DNA from: Puccinia triticina | Lineage: Eukaryota | Length of the DNA stretch: 64,000 bases | Direction of reading: 5' to 3' | NCBI GenBank assembly: GCA_026914245.1 | Contig: CP110440.1 | Coordinates: 372,001-436,000 of the forward strand | Part shown: positions 60,246-64,000 of the stretch, piece after piece | Layout: every line of letters starts with the position of its first letter | Numbering within the stretch: the first letter of the stretch is position 1 | The notes under the pieces: model-generated | The model's input: the letters and a program-made list of their open reading frames with translations, nothing else | Database searches by the model: none | Told to the model about the DNA's origin: nothing | Program-made: the position numbers and the translations under genes

Positions 60246-61560
60246 GCATAATTTGATCCATTGGCTAGAAGATTATTGATTGGTTGGTCTGTGCCTCTGG
60301 GTCGGAGATTTTGGGCTTAAGATTGCTGGATTTGTCCAAGTGAGAGGTTGGAAGCTTACTTTTCCTTGCAGGATGAGTCGGACTGGCCTGACTGGGGGTT
60401 GAGCAAGTTGGCCAAACCCAGGTGGTGAGTTCAGAGCTGACTGAGCTGAGGGAGCTGGCCTAACTGGGGTGGTGAGGTTGGAGCTGTATTCGCACAGAGG
60501 TGATGGAGCTGGGTTGGAGCTGAAGGAGCTGAGTGGTGGGAGCTGACTGAGCTGAGCGGTGGGAGCTGATGGAGCTGGCTGAAATGAGGGGTTCAGGTCA
60601 GCGGTTTGGATTTTTCAAGAGTTTCCCGAGCTGACAGAGCTGGGTAGCCTCACACCCAGCTATCTGTTAGTCAGCTATGGCTATAAGAGCTGGCGCGGCC
60701 AGCTCTACATTGTATCGGCTCCTAACCGATGATGAGTACAAATTATCATCGGCCAGGGGCCGCAGAATTATAGGGACACAGGTGTCTTTGTGTTCAGATT
60801 GAAATTCATTTTAAACAATAGATGAATCAGGAATTTTGCCAAAGAGTTTCTCTTTTCCAAGCTCGCATATCAAGTTTATCTACAGCTTTATTTCTTATGA
60901 AATGACTCTCTGTAAGCTTCAAGGATTCATCTTGAGCGTCTTCTAAACCTCAGAAGGGTGAATTTCACTCTTTCACAAGAAGTTGAGGAATATCTCCTGG
61001 ACATTTGGGAATTCAAGTTGACAAGATCTTCTCATGGATTTTTTTTTTTTATCCTCACGAGAGCCTTAGAATTCAGTCTCAAGCCAGATTGAACCCATCT
61101 CAAACTTGCCTTGAGCTAAATTCAGCATTGATTCAACATTAATTCAGCATTGATTGACCAAAAGTTAATTGAGTGGAAATTGAGTGTAACTTGCTGATAG
61201 AGTTTGGTAAGTAAGTTTAAAAGGTTAAAAAAATTATTGAATGATTGGAATTGCATGCAAGTGCTGAGAAAGCTCCCCTGGTATAACCCCATGATTAATC
61301 AAAATATATTATTTAGTAGTAATATGAGAAACTATTGTTTCTGCCAAGCAGTTGACAATTACTTGCTGTGTGGTTGTACATATGTTTTTAAAGAGTTAAA
61401 TTAATGTACACGGTCAAGTTGCAGTTGGTATCAATATGATATCAGACCCTTTCCAACAAACATTCAGCATAACTTCAGCAAAAATTCAGCACAAAATTAC
61501 ACATCACTTGGAGCCAAGTCCTTAAAGAGATATTAAAGGGTTCCTAAAGAGAGGGGTGAA

Positions 61561-62777
61561 CACTTCAAGGATAATTAAATTTCCCAAAAAAAATACTCAA
61601 AGTTTGAGGTTGGGAAAATCATTGAAAAAAAATCACTCTGTACTGAAAAAAAATGCAAACTGAGCGTGCTCAGCCAAAAAAATAAAAATGTGTCAGACTG
61701 AGTAAAAAACAATGGGGCCCATTTTGGGGTTGATTTGTTGGACAGGCCTGCACAAGGCCCACATGGGCCCCTAACAGGCCCGTTGGGCCCATTGAAAAAG
61801 TAGTATTTGTTTGGAATTCCCATGCTCTGCTAAAATGTGAAATGGGTTGAAATGAATGAAAAATGAGGGGGTACATTTTTGGGGAACTGTTTTGGACGGG
61901 CCTGAATGAGGCCCACATGGCCCCCACAAAGCCCACTGGGCCCATTGAAAGAGTAGCCTTGGTCAAGAATGCCTATGCTCAGCTAAGAAACAAAAATGTG
62001 TCAACCTGAGTAAAAAACATGGGGCCACACTTTTGGGGAGGGCTTATTGACAGACCTGCATCAGGCCCGTCAGGGACCACCCAAAGCTGGTTCGGCCAAC
62101 CCAGAAGTAGTATTGCTTAAGAATGCCCATATGATGTTTGAGAACAGCACCAATTGACCACTAATCAACAGAAGATATTGAAGGGCTTCTGACATCTGTG
62201 CGACATTTGTGCACTCACAGAATGTATGTCCAGGCCCTTTCCTTCCCTTGGAAATCTGTTGGCCCATACGGGCCTGATGCAGGCCCGTCCAAAAAGCCTC
62301 CCCAACAATGTGCCCCTAGGGTTTTTACTCAGTCTGACACATTTTTATTTCTTAGCTGAGCATATGCTTTCTTAACCAGGGCTACTCTTTCAATGGGCCC
62401 AGTGGGCTTTGTGGGGCCCATGTGGGCCTCATTCAGGCCTGTCCAAAAAATCTCCCCAAAAATGTATCCCCATGTTTTTTATTCAGTTTGACCCATTTCA
62501 CATTTTAGCAGAGCATTGGAATTCCAAACAATTACTACTTTTCCAATGGGCCCAACAGGCCTGTTAGGGGCCTATGCGGGCCTTGTAAAGGCCCGTCCAA
62601 CAAATCACCCTAAAAATGTGCCCCATTGTTTTTTACTCAGTCTGACACATTTTTATTTTTTTGGCTGAGCACGCTCAGTTTGCATTTTTTTTCAGTACGG
62701 AGTGATTTTTTTTCAATGATTTTCCCAACCTCAAACTTTGAGTATTTTTTTTGGGAAATTTAATTATCCTTGAAGTG
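61561..62777. mobile_element. Non-autonomous CACTA-type foldback element (1217 bp; ~500-bp inverted arms)
   Basis: Ends CACTTCAAGGATAATTAAATTTCCC / GGGAAATTTAATTATCCTTGAAGTG. 3-bp TSD GAA at 61558-61560 and 62778-62780. The arms contain ~160-bp GGGCCC-rich subrepeats. Confidence 0.9.
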
Positions 62778-62809
62778 GAAGGCACTTGCACGCAAGTGCT
62801 GAGCAAACA

Positions 62810-63075
62810 TCCGTGGTGCTTGGCGCTACAGTAGCGGAAAAAACCCTACTTTAGCAATTTTGCGGCGCTACTGTAGTGTCATTGAAATTTGAATCCTCAA
62901 CATCACAAAGTGATGGAGGATTGCTGATTTATTGCCACTTTTAGCATTTTATACAGAAAAGCGGACTCTCCCGCTACGCTTTTGGCATGATTTTGGGCTC
63001 ATTCGCTATGCTTTTGGCGCTACAGAGCGCTTATAGCGCTGAAAAGCACCAATTCAGTTGCTACGCTCAGCTTTG
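62810..63075. mobile_element. Right-end remnant of a CAA..TTG hAT-like element similar to 2081-3183
   Basis: GCGCTAC/GTAGCG repeats ending CTACGCTCAGCTTTG; no left end found. Confidence 0.4.
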
Positions 63076-63577
63076 GCAAAATTGGTGTGGTAAGCCAATC
63101 CTGAATATGGCACCAAAATCAAAGTCTTTTTCCCTCAATATAACCCTCTCTGGAACACTCAAGGCCCCACCTCCTCAAGAATCAATGCCAGGACAACTCA
63201 TACCCATCAACAGGCCCCCCATCCTCTCTTCACCCTTTTTTCTCCACCTCCTGGATACCCACCTACACCAACTTGACACTCCTCAGGCTCCCAGCTAGGC
63301 ACAAGTGGGAGAAAGTCACCCATCAGACAGAGCCAGACTATTAGGAAATACCCTGGATATTTATCATCTTTTCCTCCCTTCCCAATCCAGCATAACAACC
63401 CCATTTTGGAATTAGCCACACATGCAATAACCATAGAGATCCCATCTTGGTTAAACCCTTGTCTCCTTTGGTTTCAGCCCTTCCCTTTTCAGCCACTCAT
63501 ATGATATGTAATCCCTTTCTTCTCATGTTTCATTGTCTCTCCACATTCCAGCCTCATTCCAGAACTTTCCATCCCCA

Positions 63578-63677
63578 TAGCATTTTTAGCCTCAGCCCCT
63601 TGATTGAGAATTTTCACTGTTTCATATTAGCATTTTTAGCCTCAGCCCCTTGATTGAGAATTTTCACTGTTTCATAT
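63578..63677. repeat. Perfect 50-bp tandem duplication
   Basis: TAGCATTTTTAGCCTCAGCCCCTTGATTGAGAATTTTCACTGTTTCATAT twice. Confidence 0.9.
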
Positions 63678-64000
63678 TTTTTTCCAAACACAACTCAGCC
63701 CCATAAAATTTTGTCTATAGTCTGCCCTATTAGGCCCTACCTTTTGTTCCCCATCAGATTCTGTCCCAGCAATCCAGATCACTGGTCACCATTCACTAGC
63801 CTAGCTTATGCAATTAAATCAGAGTGGACGAGCATGATAAGTCTATGCCAAATATATCAGGTTGGAAAGACTTGATATTATCCTTGACTCCTACTATTAG
63901 ATTAGTATACCCATTAAAGTAAACCCTACAGACATACCTCAAGAATCTCCATAGCCACACCTTTCCTTAAGAGTCCATACTCTTATATTCTTTTTCTTGT

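Larger units (their letters stand above)
42188..60784. mobile_element. KDZ (Kyakuja-type) transposon, 18,597 bp including ~4 kb of nested hAT insertions
   Basis: 8-bp direct repeat TCTTTGTG at 42180-42187 and 60785-60792. Imperfect inverted ends of ~105 bp align in register (TGTCACTAT/TGTCCCTAT ... GAGCTGACAGCGCCAGCTCTGATAGCCA / GAGCTGGCCGCGCCAGCTCTTATAGCCA). Contains KDZ transposase, TET/JBP and HMG-like genes. Confidence 0.8.

Noticed and set aside
41966..60806. 16-bp direct repeat TGTTCAGATTGAAATT (41966, 60791) as the KDZ TSD
   Set aside because: Not symmetric with the inverted ends; the 8-bp TCTTTGTG repeat fits both termini exactly.

Overview
Eukaryotic, intron-containing, almost entirely transposon-derived DNA. 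It is most likely from a rust fungus (Pucciniales, probably Puccinia-like), inferred from the TE families, Tet-like dioxygenase, intron style and TpCpG mutation bias. Four blocks dominate. (1) 1-20 kb: ATGACCGG..CCGGTCAT palindrome arrays, MITEs, a decayed secreted-protein gene, two solo LTRs and a young full-length Ty3/Gypsy element (10764-19046). The Gypsy element has a 4-bp CCGG target duplication, a ~49-nt tRNA-Tyr-derived PBS and a -1 frameshift signal. (2) A 20.3-kb CACTA/EnSpm element (21144-41490; ~43-bp TIRs, ATA TSD). It carries a core-deleted transposase, two paralogous accessory genes, a SNF2 ATPase, several orphan ORFs, six dispersed 38-bp palindromes and a nested 355-bp TRIM with a tRNA-like gene in each LTR. 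(3) An 18.6-kb KDZ (Kyakuja-type) element (42188-60784; 8-bp TSD). It carries an HMG-like gene, an intact TET/JBP dioxygenase ORF, a captured PEBP pseudogene, and a KDZ transposase hit twice in its DGE motif by hAT-family elements with 7-bp TSDs. (4) A long-TIR CACT foldback element near the end. All boundaries were read by eye; family assignments rest on recalled motifs and need HMM/BLAST confirmation.
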